Origin: Lama guanicoe
Lineage: Eukaryota
Assembly (NCBI GenBank): GCA_013239625.1
Contig: MU053196.1
Location: 186,001 to 250,000, forward strand
Direction of reading: 5' to 3'
DNA: 64,000 nt
Shown: positions 13,401 to 27,479 of the stretch, piece after piece
Numbering within the stretch: position 1 is the stretch's first letter
Layout: each line of letters begins with the position of its first letter
Notes under the pieces: model-generated
The model's database searches: none
What the model saw: only the letters and a program-made list of their open reading frames with translations
What the model was told of the DNA's origin: nothing
Made by a program: the position numbers and the translations under genes

Positions 13401-14559
13401 TTCTAGTGACAAACTCTTTCTCACTCTTCCTTTGTAGGAGAACATCTGTATTTCTCTTTTCTTGTTGAAGTTTAATCCTCTGGAGTTAGAGGCAGAAAAG
13501 TTCTGCAGCGATATTTTTAAAACATAAATTTTGGAAGAGGTAGTGTCAAAAGTTAAGAAAAGACTAAAACCAATAAATCGCTGAAGTAGTAATTAGTAAA
13601 ATCTCATTTTCACACACACCAAAAGATAGTGAACCAGGAGCACTCAAACCAGAAGGTGGAATGAGGTTCAGGGGTATTTTGTTATAAAGCAACTTTTATA
13701 GTGAGAAGGCCGTGACTTAATTTTGCTTATGATTTCCAGATAGCAAAGAGTCTCAGGTTTGACTGTTGAAAACCAGTGTAATTCAACAACATAGCATTTG
13801 CAAGCTAGAGATCTTGGAAAAACATTAGGTAACAATGAAAGATACAGTGAATTGAATTCAATTAAAATTAAAGGAAAGCATGGATAACAAATAATAAAAA
13901 TACAGTAACGAAAATCATTATGTGATAACAAATAGAAGTCTTAATGCTGAGTAATATAAAACCAAAATGTAAAAAACAAATTTCTGTATACAAAAGAATT
14001 TATGAAAGCGTATTGTATTTGGAGAGTAAAAAAAAAAAAGAATCTGTGACTGATCAGGTAGATAAAATTTAAATGAGAAAATGAGAACCTGCCATATAAT
14101 AAGCACCAAAATAATCTTTAATTAAATTGATATAAATACTTCAGTAAATAAGTAGAACCAATAGATGTATGTTGTATTTTATATGGTGTAGTCAATAGTT
14201 TTTCATATGGTCATGGAATGTTTTCCCCCAATGCCAAATATTAGATACTAGACCACAAAAAGTTCAATAAATGTTTAAAAAATATTGATGTAAAATATAA
14301 ATCCAAAAAATCAAGAAACTCTGCTAAACACATGGGGAAAGATGATGGAGCTGATTAAAGGAATTCTGGTCCTTATTTTAATATTTCCCAAGATCATTCC
14401 AGATGGCCAGCATGAGTTCAAATATGTTTTTGATAATCATGTAAAAGTACCACTTTCCATCACCAATAAATTAAAAAACTAAACTGCAATGAAGATTTTC
14501 ACTGGAGATTTATATAAAATCTGTAATTTTTTCATGAAACACAATAAAAAGGAAAACAA

Positions 14560-15810
14560 AGTTATTTATATCTTATAAATCTCTTCTCCCCCTCCCTCCC
14601 TCACCTCAGGCATCCATCTGTTCCCTGTATCCGTAACTCTGTTTCAGCTTTGTTCTATTTGTTCATTTTTGTTTTTCAGATTCCACGTATAAGTGAAGTC
14701 ATACAGTATTTGTCTTTGTCTGACTTCACCATTCATAATATCCTCTAGATCCATCCATGTTGTCACGAATGGCAAGATTTCATTCTTTTCTTATGGCTGA
14801 GAATTGTTTCATTGTATATATAGACATCATCTTTGTTCATTTGTCTATTGATGGGCACTTTGGTTGCTTCCATATCTTGGCTATTGTAAATAATGCTGCA
14901 GTGAACACTGGGATACATATATCATATATTTTGGACAAATAACCATGAGTGGAATTTCTGGATTGTATGGTGGTTTTTTTACTTGGGTTGTTTGTGTGTT
15001 TAATGTTGAGTTGCATAAGTTCTTTGTATATCTTGGACAGTAACCATTATTGCCTATGTCATTTGCAAATGTCTTCTCGCATTCAGTGGGCAGCCTTTTT
15101 ATTTTGTTAATAGGTCCCCTTCACTGTGCAGAAGTTTTCTGGTTTGATTAGGTCCCATTTGTTTATTTTTGCTTTTGTTTCTTTTGTCTGAGGAGACAAA
15201 TCCAAAAAATACTAATAATATGTCAGAGAGTGTACTGCCTGTGTTTTCTTCCAGAAGTTTTGCGGTCTCAGGTCTTACATGTAAGTCTTCAATACATTTT
15301 GAATTTATTTTTGTATATGATGTGAAACACTAGTCCAGTTTGATTGTTTTGCATGGAGCTGTCCAGCTTTCCCAAGACCATGTATTGGAGAGTCTGTCTT
15401 TTCCCCGTTATGTATTCTTGCCTCCTTTGTCATAGATTAATCACTCATGAAAAGGTGGGTTCATTTCTAGGCTCTCTGTTCTGTTTCATTAATCTATGTG
15501 TTGATTTTTCTGCCAGTACCATAATGTTTTGATGACTGTAGCTTTAGTTTGAAATTAGGGAGCATGGTATCTCCAGCTTTGTTCTTTAGATTATTTTGGC
15601 AGTTCTTGGGTCTTTCGTGTTTCCATACAAATTTTAGAATTATTTGTTCTAGTTCTGTGAATAATACCATTGATATTTCCATAGGGATGGCATTAAAGCT
15701 GTAGGTTGCTTTGGGTACTGTGGTCATTTTCACAATATTAATATGCAACATAGCTTTCCATCTGTTTTTGTCATCTTCAGTTTCTTTCATCAGTGTCTTA
15801 TAGTTTTGGC
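14560..15810 (-). mobile_element. L1 (3' UTR and ORF2 C-terminal half)
   Basis: Minus-strand ORF INIVKMTTVPKATYSFNAIPMEI...ELEQIILKFVW; plus-strand text agattccacgtataagtgaagtcatacagtatttgtc. Confidence 0.9.
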
Positions 15811-18800
15811 TTTATTCTTCATCTTATACTTGGTGCTTTTCTCACCAGCCCAATTCAGGCTTCTGCTGAGGGACAGGCAACAAGAGAAGACACCAAGTTT
15901 AGAGGAAGATGCTCACGCACTTATAGAATTCCCTGAGCCAGCTCAAGAATAGACAAAGTGACTTTCTTTTTCAGATCTCTATATCTGGTAACTTAGTGTC
16001 ACTTGTCAGTAACAAAACCCCCGAATGGAGCCAGAATACCAGCTGCTTCACGCTCATTGTTGTCCAGGGCAGCTGTAGACGTGTACCTTTCTTTTACTCT
16101 GAGGCTTATTCAAGTTGATGTCCATATTTGGCTGTTTCAGTAAATGAAAGTTAAAAAATAAAAAGGTGTATGTGATGAGAGTAAAACTAGTTGAAGACCC
16201 ATGAAAGTAGTCAGAAAGATGAATGTTCTCCAAGTGTTCTGTGTTCATTAACCAATTAGGATTTTCATATCAGTTGTACTGTCAGACCAAATGGGTAAGT
16301 TTTTCAGAGCCTGCCCTGTGAGCTCAACTGACAATCACAAAATTAGGCTGCATGCTTTTCAAATTCATACACATCACCAACAATAAAAATTCTGAAGTCT
16401 GAGTAAGTTTGCAGTTACGCTGATGCGTAAGGAAGATCGGAACCCAAGGGGTAGTCTTCATAATACTCACTTTCCATCAAGGCTTCCAGGGAGTATGGGC
16501 CCCAGTACTGTTCTGCACATTTATGAGGCATCTGGGAGGGGCTCAGCTATGACTCTGTAACAAGGTGAAAATCCGGAGATAAAAGGCTCGTCTCTCTTTG
16601 GTTAACCTTGTGAACATCTCCTGTATTCTTCTCTGCAGAGCCGGCCCTCTCCATGATGGCTGCTGGCTGTGAAAAGCACGAGTGTGTCACGAGGCTGATG
16701 CCCACCTCGACAATGCCATTGTCAGTGCCTTAACCTAGGTTCTGAGAGTCACAAAGTTGGGACCCAGAGTTATGAGTGCTGCAGCCCCTTCAGCTGTGCT
16801 GAGTGTTTAGGAGTGGGGAGAATGTTGATTTTCTGATTCAAGCTTATATCTTCTTAAAGACTAGAACCAAACATAGTATGTCATGAATGTGGCTCAAGTA
16901 TATATGCTTGCAGCCCCACTTACTGGTGGCTCAGATTCCAGTCTAGCAGGAGGCTAGGACTTCATGCATCCATTTCTCTCATGGAGATCAGCTCAGCCCA
17001 CAAAACTTACCCGACTGCCCACCTCTGGCCAACTCTGATTCCCAGGGAGGGACACAAGGTGGACTCAACACTAACAGAAATACACACAAGTGCATCTTCA
17101 ACTTTGACCTAAGTTGGTATTTTGTTAATCTTGCAATGTAAAAATGATAATTCACCCTTTCTGGATTTTATCCTTTTGAGCAACTGTTGTAGCCAAACAA
17201 AGATGTCCATTGAAACTGAAGCCAGTGTTTCAATTTCCCAGAATGTCTCCTCTTTATAGATTATTTTCCATTTCCTTTAGGCAGAAAGTCCTATAATGGT
17301 ATTTATCTGAATCCCTAATACAGATGCTCCTCAGAGGATTCATATTTGAGATGAGTAGAATTCCTATTCCTATGAAAATTATTTCTCTTCATTGTTTCCT
17401 TCTGTTTCAAGGGCAAGTAATTCAATTTCTTAATGTCTCTAGTGATCTGCTGACCACTGTCAAGCAATTATCATAATGATCAAAGAGTAGGCCATTATCT
17501 GAGATGGTGTGATAGCTCTGCTAACTTCTGAAGTGAGCATCCATGCGTTTAAGGACAGTGAATGTTCTCCACGTTATAATCTGGACTATATATCTCTTAA
17601 CAATAGGCAATAAACACAGGAGGTAGAAATCATTTATTGAAGTGGAGATAGAGTGATATATTTCTACTGGTTATAAAATTCAGCATATCTTGAGTCAATG
17701 GGAGACCGTAGTAAGAAAATACATTTTAAGAATTAATGGAATTTAGGGATTTAAAGGAAGTGGAAATGTCACTTCAAACCTAATAAACCATTTAGGTCTT
17801 TGCCACAGTTTGATGTCAAGCTGAGGCAAGGTGAAGGAGAGTAAGAACTCTTTCTTGCCTTGAAGTTACTCATCAGTGGACTTCTCCCACAATGAATAGG
17901 GTTTTAGAAACGATGATGTATCTGTGGAGCAGCTAATCTGTGTTTTTGGACAGCTTGCTTGCGGAAGACCTCTCCCAGCTAGACCGGAGGTCTTGGAGTC
18001 TGTTCAGCCTTGTGATGACTCATTCTGGCCGTGGTGCCAGCTTCTTGGGAACTGCCTCTAGTTCTCTCTCGAGGTTCTTGGTGTATAACAGAGATAGTCG
18101 TCAGTCATAGGTTTCTGAGCAGTCTCACACTAAGGCAGAATAAATACCATCTTCCACATCACCTAACTTTTCTTTAACTGCCCTGCTCAGCTTTTTGTTC
18201 CCCTTTCCTCCTCCCTGGCTCCCTGGACCACTATTCACCCCCTTCTTTTCCAGCTGACTTAGCCTAGTTGGTGACGCAGATGCATCATCTTTCTCTTGAA
18301 GATTTCCCTGCTCTGGAATATGTTAAAAAAAAAAAGAACTTCCACTTGACGAAATTCATAATTTTCCTGTTTGACCTGATACTAAAGTTGACAAATTTGG
18401 GTGAATTAATGAACCTGCAGCAGATATAATTAAATGTTAGTATGCAGCCATACTAGGCCATCCCACTCGTGTTTCAAATAAAGTAAAATAGGGTTGGAAA
18501 TTTAATCAACAAAATGGGCACGGGAATTTGTCTTGATGCAGTCCTTAGTGGAGCTCTCAAATCAGCCAAATAGGGAGACACTGCTTCGAGTGGCTTCTAC
18601 TTTAAATTTACCTGTAGCTGCATGAATTGAATGCAGTTGAATTCATAATCCATCTATAATTCATCTGTTACGCTGTTGAAAAGCACTCATTCTGTAATTG
18701 TCTGAGTTAAAGAAAATAGTAGATGCTTCTGAGAAAATCTGACCTCATTGTCCTTGACTGGAGCATTATATGATGCTTCATACCAAGACCTTTTCAGATT

Positions 18801-20239
18801 TTAATTGAGTTTTTATTTATTTTATACTTAATTTAGAGATGCCTTTTCTTTTTCAGCAGTCATACCCTCATATAGAGGTTGGGCTCTCCTCTGTCAGATC
18901 CAGTAGCTGCCAGTCATAGCAACAGAGCATTTTTAGCCTCAGCTGACTTGCTTGGACATTTGAGATGAGATCACCAGCGATCATCAGTTTCCTCTTCTAC
19001 CAACTGCAGCCACAAGATGGCGATGTGACAATTTAAATAAAGCCAAAAGGTTTAGAGCTTTGTTTCATTTCGTTCAGGGAATTTTAAAGACAGTAGAATC
19101 CACTTTTAGCAACTACTTAAGTTGGATTGGGAACCATATCCCACAAAGGGTGACTGTTGGTGCTGTGGTTCATGAGACGGCTGACCTCTAGTCAGTGGTG
19201 CCACGTGGAACAGGATACAGTTCTATAGGTGCAAGCACACCTCTTGCCTTTTCCTTCTCTCTGATGTGCTCAGGTATAGTGGTTGGTGCACGTCCATGGC
19301 TTCAGCCTTGACAGAGTGATGAGAAGGTTTCAAATGACTTTGTCTGTCCCTGGAAGACAGTAGCAGACACTTTGATTTTGTTTTTCTTCCTGTGAGATGA
19401 ACAGAGTAAATTCCATCCAAAAAGTTAGCTTTTGTAGGACAATAAATCCTACTCTTTGATAGTTAAGTCATTTAATAATTCTTCAAAATCTCTTGTTTTT
19501 CTCAGTGAGATGCTATATGATGAGCCTTACTTTGTAATTATTTGGGTTCTTGATTCATTATAGAGAAATGTTTCATGTATTTTGGGACCATGCAGTTTGA
19601 AATATGCAAGTGTGTGTGTGTTTTTTTAGAATGTACAGGCCATGTTTCTTTCCATGTGACCTAGAATTTAAAAGTATATAGTAACTATCTAATGGAAAAT
19701 TTGTGAAGATTAAGGAAATAATCCATGTAAAACATGTGGTACATGTACATCATACAACAAATGTTAGTTATTATGTTATTACTGTTTTTTTGTTGTCATG
19801 TTCATAGTTGGTGTTCCATTGGCAGTTATTCCTGGGAACCAGTTAGCTTTGTTCTGTCACAAAGCCACAGCTAAGGTGATTAGCTGATTTGAAAATGCAA
19901 TCAAAATAATATTAATAGCTAATTCACGTTGACTAAAACTTTAAAATGTATGATTTATATGCATCATTTCTGCCTTCTCCCTCATTCTTCCTTTTAGATT
20001 GCCCAGAACAGCTCAGCTCTTTCCCCTACAGTCAGGAATTACTGAATAAGATGTTTTCACCACTTTAACCAATGCTTAGCTGTGTTTATCTTTGACAGAA
20101 CCATAGGAGAAAAGCAACTGTGATCTCAGGTACTGTCACTCATAGTGATCTGAGTGGGGCTGGATGCCTTTTGCCCCTGCAACTCTGGACTCTGAGGGTT
20201 AGATGTCCTGGTCCCTCAGAGTGCACTTTTGCCAGGGTC

Positions 20240-21550
20240 CTTGTAAATTACCATCTACATCAGTCAACTGGGCACGTTGAATTCGTTGTTTACAGAGACT
20301 GACAGGCAGGTGCAGACACCGTCTTGGCAGGAATAATTGATGCTGAACATCAAGAGGATGAGGACTTCTGATACACAGTTGTGTTGAGGGTGATACTTAA
20401 GGAACCAAAGTGGACTGTTTAGGTACCCTTGGTTCTCCTTATGGATTGAATTGTGTCCCCTCCTCCAAATTGGTGTGCTGAAGTGTTAACCTCTAGTGTG
20501 ACTACATTTGGAGATGGGACACTTAAAGAGGGAATTAAGGTTCAATGAGGTTATAAGGGAGGAGCCCTAATCCAACAAGACTGGTAAAACTTAGAAAAGA
20601 GGAAGAGAAACCAGAGCTCACGAATCTCCCTGCATGTGTAGAGGAAAGGCTGTGAGAGGGCATGGTAGGAAGGTGACCATCTGTAAGCTAGGAAGAGGGG
20701 CCTCACTGTAAATCACCTCTGTTGGACCTTGGACTTCCAGCCTCCAGAACTGTGAGGAGGTAAACGTCTGTTGTTTAAACCACTTAGTCTGTGTATTCTG
20801 TTAGGGCAGCCTGAGCAGAGTAAGACATTCCTCTTGTCCATTTTATTCTATAAATGAACAGTTATAGCAACTCCAGCCTGAGAACAGCATGCCAAATGGG
20901 GACCCAGTCCCCTCCGGGATCAGAGTTTGGATTGTGTCACCAAATAAGCCCTGAGACCAGAGGAGATGGGAGCTGAGAGTCCGGGAATCCTGCAGGGGTA
21001 GTGGAAGAAGGTGAAAATCAGTGTTGATTGTGGATTGGACAGCAGTTTCTCTCTACAAAGCTGCTTTTACATTTCTCTCAAGAAGCGAGGCTTTGTGATT
21101 CCTGAAGATGCTGTTCCTTGAGGATACATGCAGGTAGGACTCACAGTGGTGCACAGGGGGTATCTGTAGTAGGACTGTGGACCACCAGATCCCTTTTGAG
21201 GGGAGTGCTTGTTACCTCAGGTGTTGCAGCAAATAGTCTTTACCTGTTGAATGATGTCTCAGTGGCATAGCCATCTCATATAAAGGCATGTCCTCTCAGG
21301 GTCATTTCACATCCAGTGGCTGATGGAGGCCAAAGTATAAAGGCTCATTTGTTTTGTTCCAAAGCAGGTCCACTCCAAAGTGTCAGTTGAGCTCTGGCGA
21401 GGCTGTCAAACCTTACAGCAGTTTGACCTTTTCCTCTGCTCAATTCTGATTCCTCCCCTTCCAGGATTGTTGATTTAACTGATGCTCCGTTATCAGTATC
21501 TTAACCCTAAACTGTCTCAGAGTCTGCTTTCCAGTAACTTTAACCTGTAA
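20240..21550 (+). mobile_element. ERVL internal remnant + LTR16-like LTR (~21165-21550), interrupted by an MLT1A-like LTR
   Basis: Polypurine-like ggggg followed by tgtagtagga at ~21165; LTR end tctcagagtctgctttccagtaactttaacctg. Confidence 0.5.
20438..20828 (+). mobile_element. MaLR solo LTR (MLT1A-like)
   Basis: tatggattgaattgtgtcccc...ttggacttccagcctccagaactgtgag...tctgttgtttaaaccac...gcagcctgagcagagtaagaca. Confidence 0.85.
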
Positions 21551-22485
21551 TGTTCACTAACAGTTGGGGTACTCTTCTTAATGGGGACTGTTTAAAGTCT
21601 CTGTTTTTCATTTGAGATCCTAGTCACCTCTGACAAAATGCAGAGTCACATTTACCATTTGGTTGCATAAACAATTACCTTTTGACTGAGGTTTGTGTGA
21701 GTTGGTTCATAGTCCAGAGAGTCCTCAGTGTAACCAAGAGATGAGGCTTGTATGCATGAAAATGTGTCAGTGTTGTATTGGAGCTCACTGCTAGGCCCCC
21801 GTCACTCTGATGCCTCCTTTCCTGAGAAGACCATACAGGTTGTAGGGAGATGGAAAAGGCTAGTATAATAGAGCTGAGAAACACTGAATTTTCCTTCCAT
21901 GGGTGATACATAACTAGGTATAATCTTATTTTTGTGCTAAAATTGTGTCCAACCGACAGTCATTGTAATTGATATTAAAGGGACCAAAACAAATGGGACA
22001 AGCTGTGTGTGATCAGTTTATTTTGAGATGAGACACCCATCCTGGGTAGACAGCCTGTAATTCTGTAATTACATTCTGCAAGCTATGTGAAACAGCAACA
22101 GCAACAGCAGCGGAAAGCACCGTGTTCGATTTGCGCATCCTGATTGGCACAACGCAGAATAAGAACATCCGACTTGATTGATAAACTCCTTTTCTGAACA
22201 GTTCCTATCAGTCCATATTTCTTTGGTGCATCAGATGTCTTTGTTCCACTGAGATTGCCCTTGGATTAGCCATATTCCTCTACAGAAACTGGGGGAAAAG
22301 AAAAAGGAAAACAATCTGAGGAATTTAAATAGAAGAAAAATCCTTTACAAACTAAATGACTTTATATTACAAACAAATCATTAAACAATAAAATACTTAG
22401 AAGAGTTTTTAGTTTAGTTTTTGTATAGTAACTTAGATCTGGATTAATGGAATTTTATGATACAGAACACTGATACTGACTAATT

Positions 22486-22780
22486 ATTTTTTATATTATT
22501 TGCTGAAGTATAGTCAGTTATGTTGTGTCAATTTCTGGTGTACAGCATGTTTCAGTCACACATACATACATATATTTGTTTCATATTTTTCATTATAGAT
22601 TTCTACAAGATACTGAATATAGTTTCTTGTGCTATACAAAAGAAATTTGGTTTTTTAAAATCTATTTTATATATAGTAGTTAATATTACCAATTCTTGAA
22701 CTCTCAGTGTATCCCTTCTCTCCCCTTTTCTACCTGGTAATTATAGGATTGTTTACTATGCCTGTGAGTTTGTTTCTGCA
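22486..22780 (-). mobile_element. L1-derived 3' tail / camelid SINE-like fragment
   Basis: tgaagtatagtcagtta tgttgtgtcaatttctggtgtacagc...gtgctatacaaaaga...tgtgagtttgtttctg. Confidence 0.7.
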
Positions 22781-23669
22781 AAACACATTTAAAAATTATT
22801 TTCTTTTAGTCCTTCATCAGACTTATTTCTGTGGCCTACATTTTGAACTCCCTAAGTCCACCATTACCTCTCTTATTAACTAATGTGTGTTTTAAGTTTT
22901 AAAAATTTTCTTAAAAGTTAAAAAAATAACTAAATCTAATTTCAGTGGATATTTGCTGTTTCACATAGTGGCTTTGTATTTTTACCTCAGTTTCCCTAGT
23001 CTCCATTCTGTTGGTAATGGCTTTTGATTTCCTTTTAGAGAGTTATGCCTCCCCTGGTGTCAGAATCTCAGTGTATATCCAGGTGCTCTGCATGGAGTTA
23101 AGGGACAGAGAACAGAACAGTGTTCCGGGGTGGCAGCCTCACGAGGCTGCTCAGCAGCTCCGGTGGCCATGACCTCAGGGGCATCCTTGCTTTTCTCCTT
23201 CTACTCAGTTTTTGATCTTCTGTTACTCTCACTGATGCTATGAGTAGCCAGATAATTTTCTAATAAAGTCTCTCTTCAATTGTGTTAGCCAACCGCTTGA
23301 TACTGAAGTGATGAAAATAAAATCTCTGACTGATTTAAAACCTTAATAGTACCTGAAAATGTCAAATGTTACATTACTAAAGCAACTATAAAGTAAGGAA
23401 CTATTTTACCTTAAGTGTTTTAAAGCCAAGGAGTTTTATACTTTGTCATTTGATAAATTTCTTACTCATTTTCCTCCATGATCACTAGTATTTTCTCCTT
23501 ATGTGCTTTAATAATTTATTTGACCCAAGAACATGTCTCCACTGCACTGGAAGTTCTTTATTCTGGAGAATACATGCCAGATGATTGTCAGAGTGTAGAA
23601 CCTTTAGTGAGTGAGCAGGATAGGGGAGTAGGGTCTGAATCAAGTAGCAGTAATGCTCATATCAATCAT

Positions 23670-24255
23670 CTTGACTGGTTCCTTCATCCACTGGACAAAC
23701 ATCGTGCACTGTTTGTGTGCCAGACAGATAGTGGAGGGAGACACTGAAATAAAGAGCATGTTGCAGTGCCTGAAGGTAAGAAAGCATGGGGTGCTGTGGA
23801 AGCTCAGGGGGATCCTGAAAGGGCCCTCGAATTGTGGGATTAGATGATGCTTGTTTTGGGTCTGGAAAAATTTATAGGAAGTATTCTGGCAAAGAATGAG
23901 TAAAGGGAAAAAGAACAAAAGCACATGGGCAGGATCACTCACACACACACAAAACTACAATACCTTTGGAAAAAGGAAGCGGTTCAGTGTGGCTGAAACA
24001 GAGTTTGAAGGTTTACATGAAGTATTTGACAGATGAATCTAAGGACGGTGGAAGTAACTAACAAAAGAAAATTTTATATGTCAGGTGATCTGATCTACAA
24101 ACCTGTGAGGACCTTGGGAGCTACAGGGTTGATACGTGTCTTCGGGAAAATGAACCTGACTGCTATACAGGAAGTGAATTGTAGGAGATCTAAAATCAAA
24201 ATGGAGAGAGTCAAGGCAATTTTCAGAGTCTAGGTGAGATGTTGGAGGGAAGATG
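23670..24255 (-). mobile_element. L2 remnant
   Basis: cttcatccactggacaaacatcgtgcactgtttgtgtgccagac...tattctggcaaagaatgag...ggttcagtgtggctgaaacagag. Confidence 0.6.
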
Positions 24256-27200
24256 GAAGGCAGAGACTCACTATAATTAATCTGAATGTCCCTTCGTTGT
24301 CGTCACCAAAGGAGGGAACACGAAACCCACTGTTAATTTAAAATACCAGTCCAGTAAGCAGATTTTTTCCCTCCTCCTTTCTTTCCTTTTTCATTCATTC
24401 ATGAATTAAAGGTTTATTATGTGTCCTGGCCCTGCATTAGTCAAGCTACTCAGTGAGTGGTGGGGGATGAAGCAGGTGTCTTGTCCACCCTCAGGTCTGT
24501 CAGCCAGGATTCCAGCAGGAAGCAGTGACACACTCCAAATTCCAAAATTCAAGGATGACTCAATAAAGGGAATGGTTTTTAAGGTGGTGGAAGGTTGTAG
24601 CTTGGGGCTGATAACAGCTGTAAATACTCTTGATCTGAAGAAACAAGGGAAGGGAGTGGTTTTTATAACCTGGAAGAAGACAGCTGTGTGGAGAGCAGCT
24701 ACCTTGGGGGAAACCATGACCTTCACTGGAGTGGAGGGCACTGCCAATCCAAGGGGACTTTCACAATGGGAGCTGGAGAACTCTGTGCTCTGTCTTTCCC
24801 TCCAGTAGCCTGCTGGGCTCTCAGCTGACTCAGCCACATGGAAGGGCAGAAGGCATGGGGATCTGTGATATTTTCTCTTCGGGTCCTTATCCTGGAACAA
24901 AAGGTGCAGAATTTTGGAGAATTAACTGGGAGGAGCAAACAAAAGGTATAGAGAATGTCAGGAAACTCATGCTTTCTCCCATGGGTGTGTGTGCAGGTGT
25001 TCCTCCTCTCAAGACTGTATGTAATGTTCGTCTCAGCGTGGCCTCACCCACAAGGAGCCCGAGGGAAAGGGATTAGTATGCTGTGGGTTTCCCCTGTCAG
25101 GGCTGCCTCCCTGGACCACATCCCCTTCTTCAAAAGAGCCTTGTTTTTGAACTAGACAAGCAAATAGGAGATACAAAGCAAATATTTGTTTGTGGTGTAT
25201 TCAGTGTCCTATGCAAATGGCATTTAGGTGTATGTAACTGGTGCTATGGAGCCTGGCATTTTAAGCAAACTCCAACTTGTATAAAGAAGCATTTAAAAGG
25301 AAGAAGGTTGAATGCTGTGGCCTGTGTTGGCCTGTGTGTGAATTATATGGCATTTTTGCTTTCTACACTGTTTGAGGTCTGCAGTGATGAAATGCTTCAG
25401 TGTCAAATCTGTAAAATCCACTGCCCTCTGTTCTTTTTCCTGTATAAATAGAAGCTGACAGTTGGAGCTTTTGTCACTGGCAATTTCAGATTCATTATTC
25501 TGAATAGACCTGACATTCAGGTCCTTGGTTGTAAAAGACTTTTAAATGACAAGCAGAGTCAATTTCCTTAGGTAAGGGGAATTTGTGGTTGTGTGTTTAC
25601 CTTTGATATTGTCAAAAAAGAAGCGTCATGACATCCTGGAAGGATAGATTTATGATTATAAGGAGTCAAAAACATTAATCTTACTTCTAGATGTCTTCCA
25701 AATGGACATTAATAAAGTGCTTTCATAAAGAAAAGAAGCAGAGTCTGATCAGCTCTGCAGTGGTATGTCTGAGAATACCAGTTTTTACTTATTGAGCATA
25801 TGCCAGTGTTGTGGGGAGTATTCCTTCCATCTGTAGTATACTTTATTTACGTGGGAAAAACATTAATAAACAAAGAACTACCATGAAGTTTAAAAACAGG
25901 AAAGCCACTGGAATCAGGCGGCATACTGGAAGAGGACTGCCTCTGTCCTCCACTCTCACTGGCAGAGATAGTTAAAAGCAGTATCATAGCATGTTGGGGC
26001 AAGGAGAATTCAGAAGTAAAAGACTGGATCGCATGCTTCGGAGGTGAGAGGTAGGATGTGAGCACAAGTGGATCCCAAGACTGTAATAGCCCATTCTAGA
26101 AAATGCAGAAGGCCAAAGTCTGCACAGGACCTCCAGGGAACTCCACCTGTACTGCACTTTCAAAAGGCCATGTGCCTGCTGTGCAGAGGTATATTGGAGG
26201 TCACCCAGTGTGAGTCAGCAAGAGAGAAATGCGAATATAAAATTTCATCTGCTTTCTTTAAATTTCTCACAGACTCAAGAAAAAGCCGGAAATGGCAGGG
26301 AAAGAGGTCAAGTGGTAGTGAAGGAACAGGTGTTACCTCTCCTACTATAGCTCCATGGTTCAGGCTCGTATTGGAGGAGGAAAGCTTTGGGTTGAGAAGG
26401 AGATGAAAGTTTTGATTTAAAATCGATGAAGTTTTTCACCTAAAGGTGAATCTTACTTACTGACCATGGATTTTGATCCTTTAAAATGACTCAGAAGTCA
26501 TGTGATATGTGTAAAATGGGAGCAGAGATTAAGCAGAATGTGTTTAAAGACAATATTTGTAGGAAAATAAAGCTACTCCCTGGTCTCTGTACACCAGTTA
26601 TAATAATAACCTAGGATTTTCTGCATATTGAATTTGAAGCCACAGTAACCTGATGAGTCAGTACTACGCTTTCTGAATAGTTTTATTTCATTAACAAATA
26701 GGGTGAAAACATTGAGATCACTTGGATTGAGCAGAATACATCTAGTAGTAATTGTTCAACCAGAGTAAACTGAGTCACTGAGTCTTGGTCTTCACAACTG
26801 CTACTTTTGATGCTTAACTCTTTAACTTCTAGGAAAGCTTCCACTAAACTTGTAATTACTGTAACTCAGCAGTAATACAGACAGCATTTCATTCCAGTTT
26901 TTAAACATCAGTGTCTGTGGGTAGGCATGCGAAACATGCAGATGATTGAGAATCTAAGGAATTGGGAGAAAAAAAAACCCAAAGGAAAGTCTCACTTTGA
27001 AAAAAGGAAGAAGACAGCAGTGGAAAGGGGAGTATGTATATATTGGGCAAAGAAAGATTAATGCAGTGGTTAATGATGAGTTTACTAATAGACTGTAAAG
27101 AGGCATTGAAATGTGGCAGAGTTTAGGAAAGATAATAGAGTTGGACAAGAAGGAGTTTTTTGTCATGAAAGTTTGTGAGAAAGAGGAAGGGAGGGAGGGA

Positions 27201-27283
27201 GAAATAGGATTGATAGGAATCAAAGTGAAAAAACAAGAAAGGGAAAATTTCATAAATCCTGTATGGGTAAAAAAATGAATTCC

Positions 27284-27284
<1 letters not shown>

Positions 27285-27314
<30 letters not shown>
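27285..27314. repeat. (TG)n microsatellite
   Basis: ~15 TG units. Confidence 0.95.
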
Positions 27315-27316
<2 letters not shown>

Positions 27317-27479
27317 TTTGAGTTTTGTGTGTGGCTTTACATTATCCTGGATATATTGCTGCTTTATCCTAATCAGTCAAAATACTCTCCATGCTGTTGA
27401 TGTGATTTGAAGTTTAAAGTTCTTGGTGACTATGCAGGATGCTTGCTTTTCTCTCATGATGTTATCAAGCAAGGGTTGC

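Noticed and set aside
12831..13445. ORFs across the CpG island
   Set aside because: GC-driven chance ORFs in several frames, with no homology recognised.
24406..24900. 164-aa / 129-aa overlapping ORFs
   Set aside because: They lie in LTR-like degenerate sequence and show no recognisable protein features.
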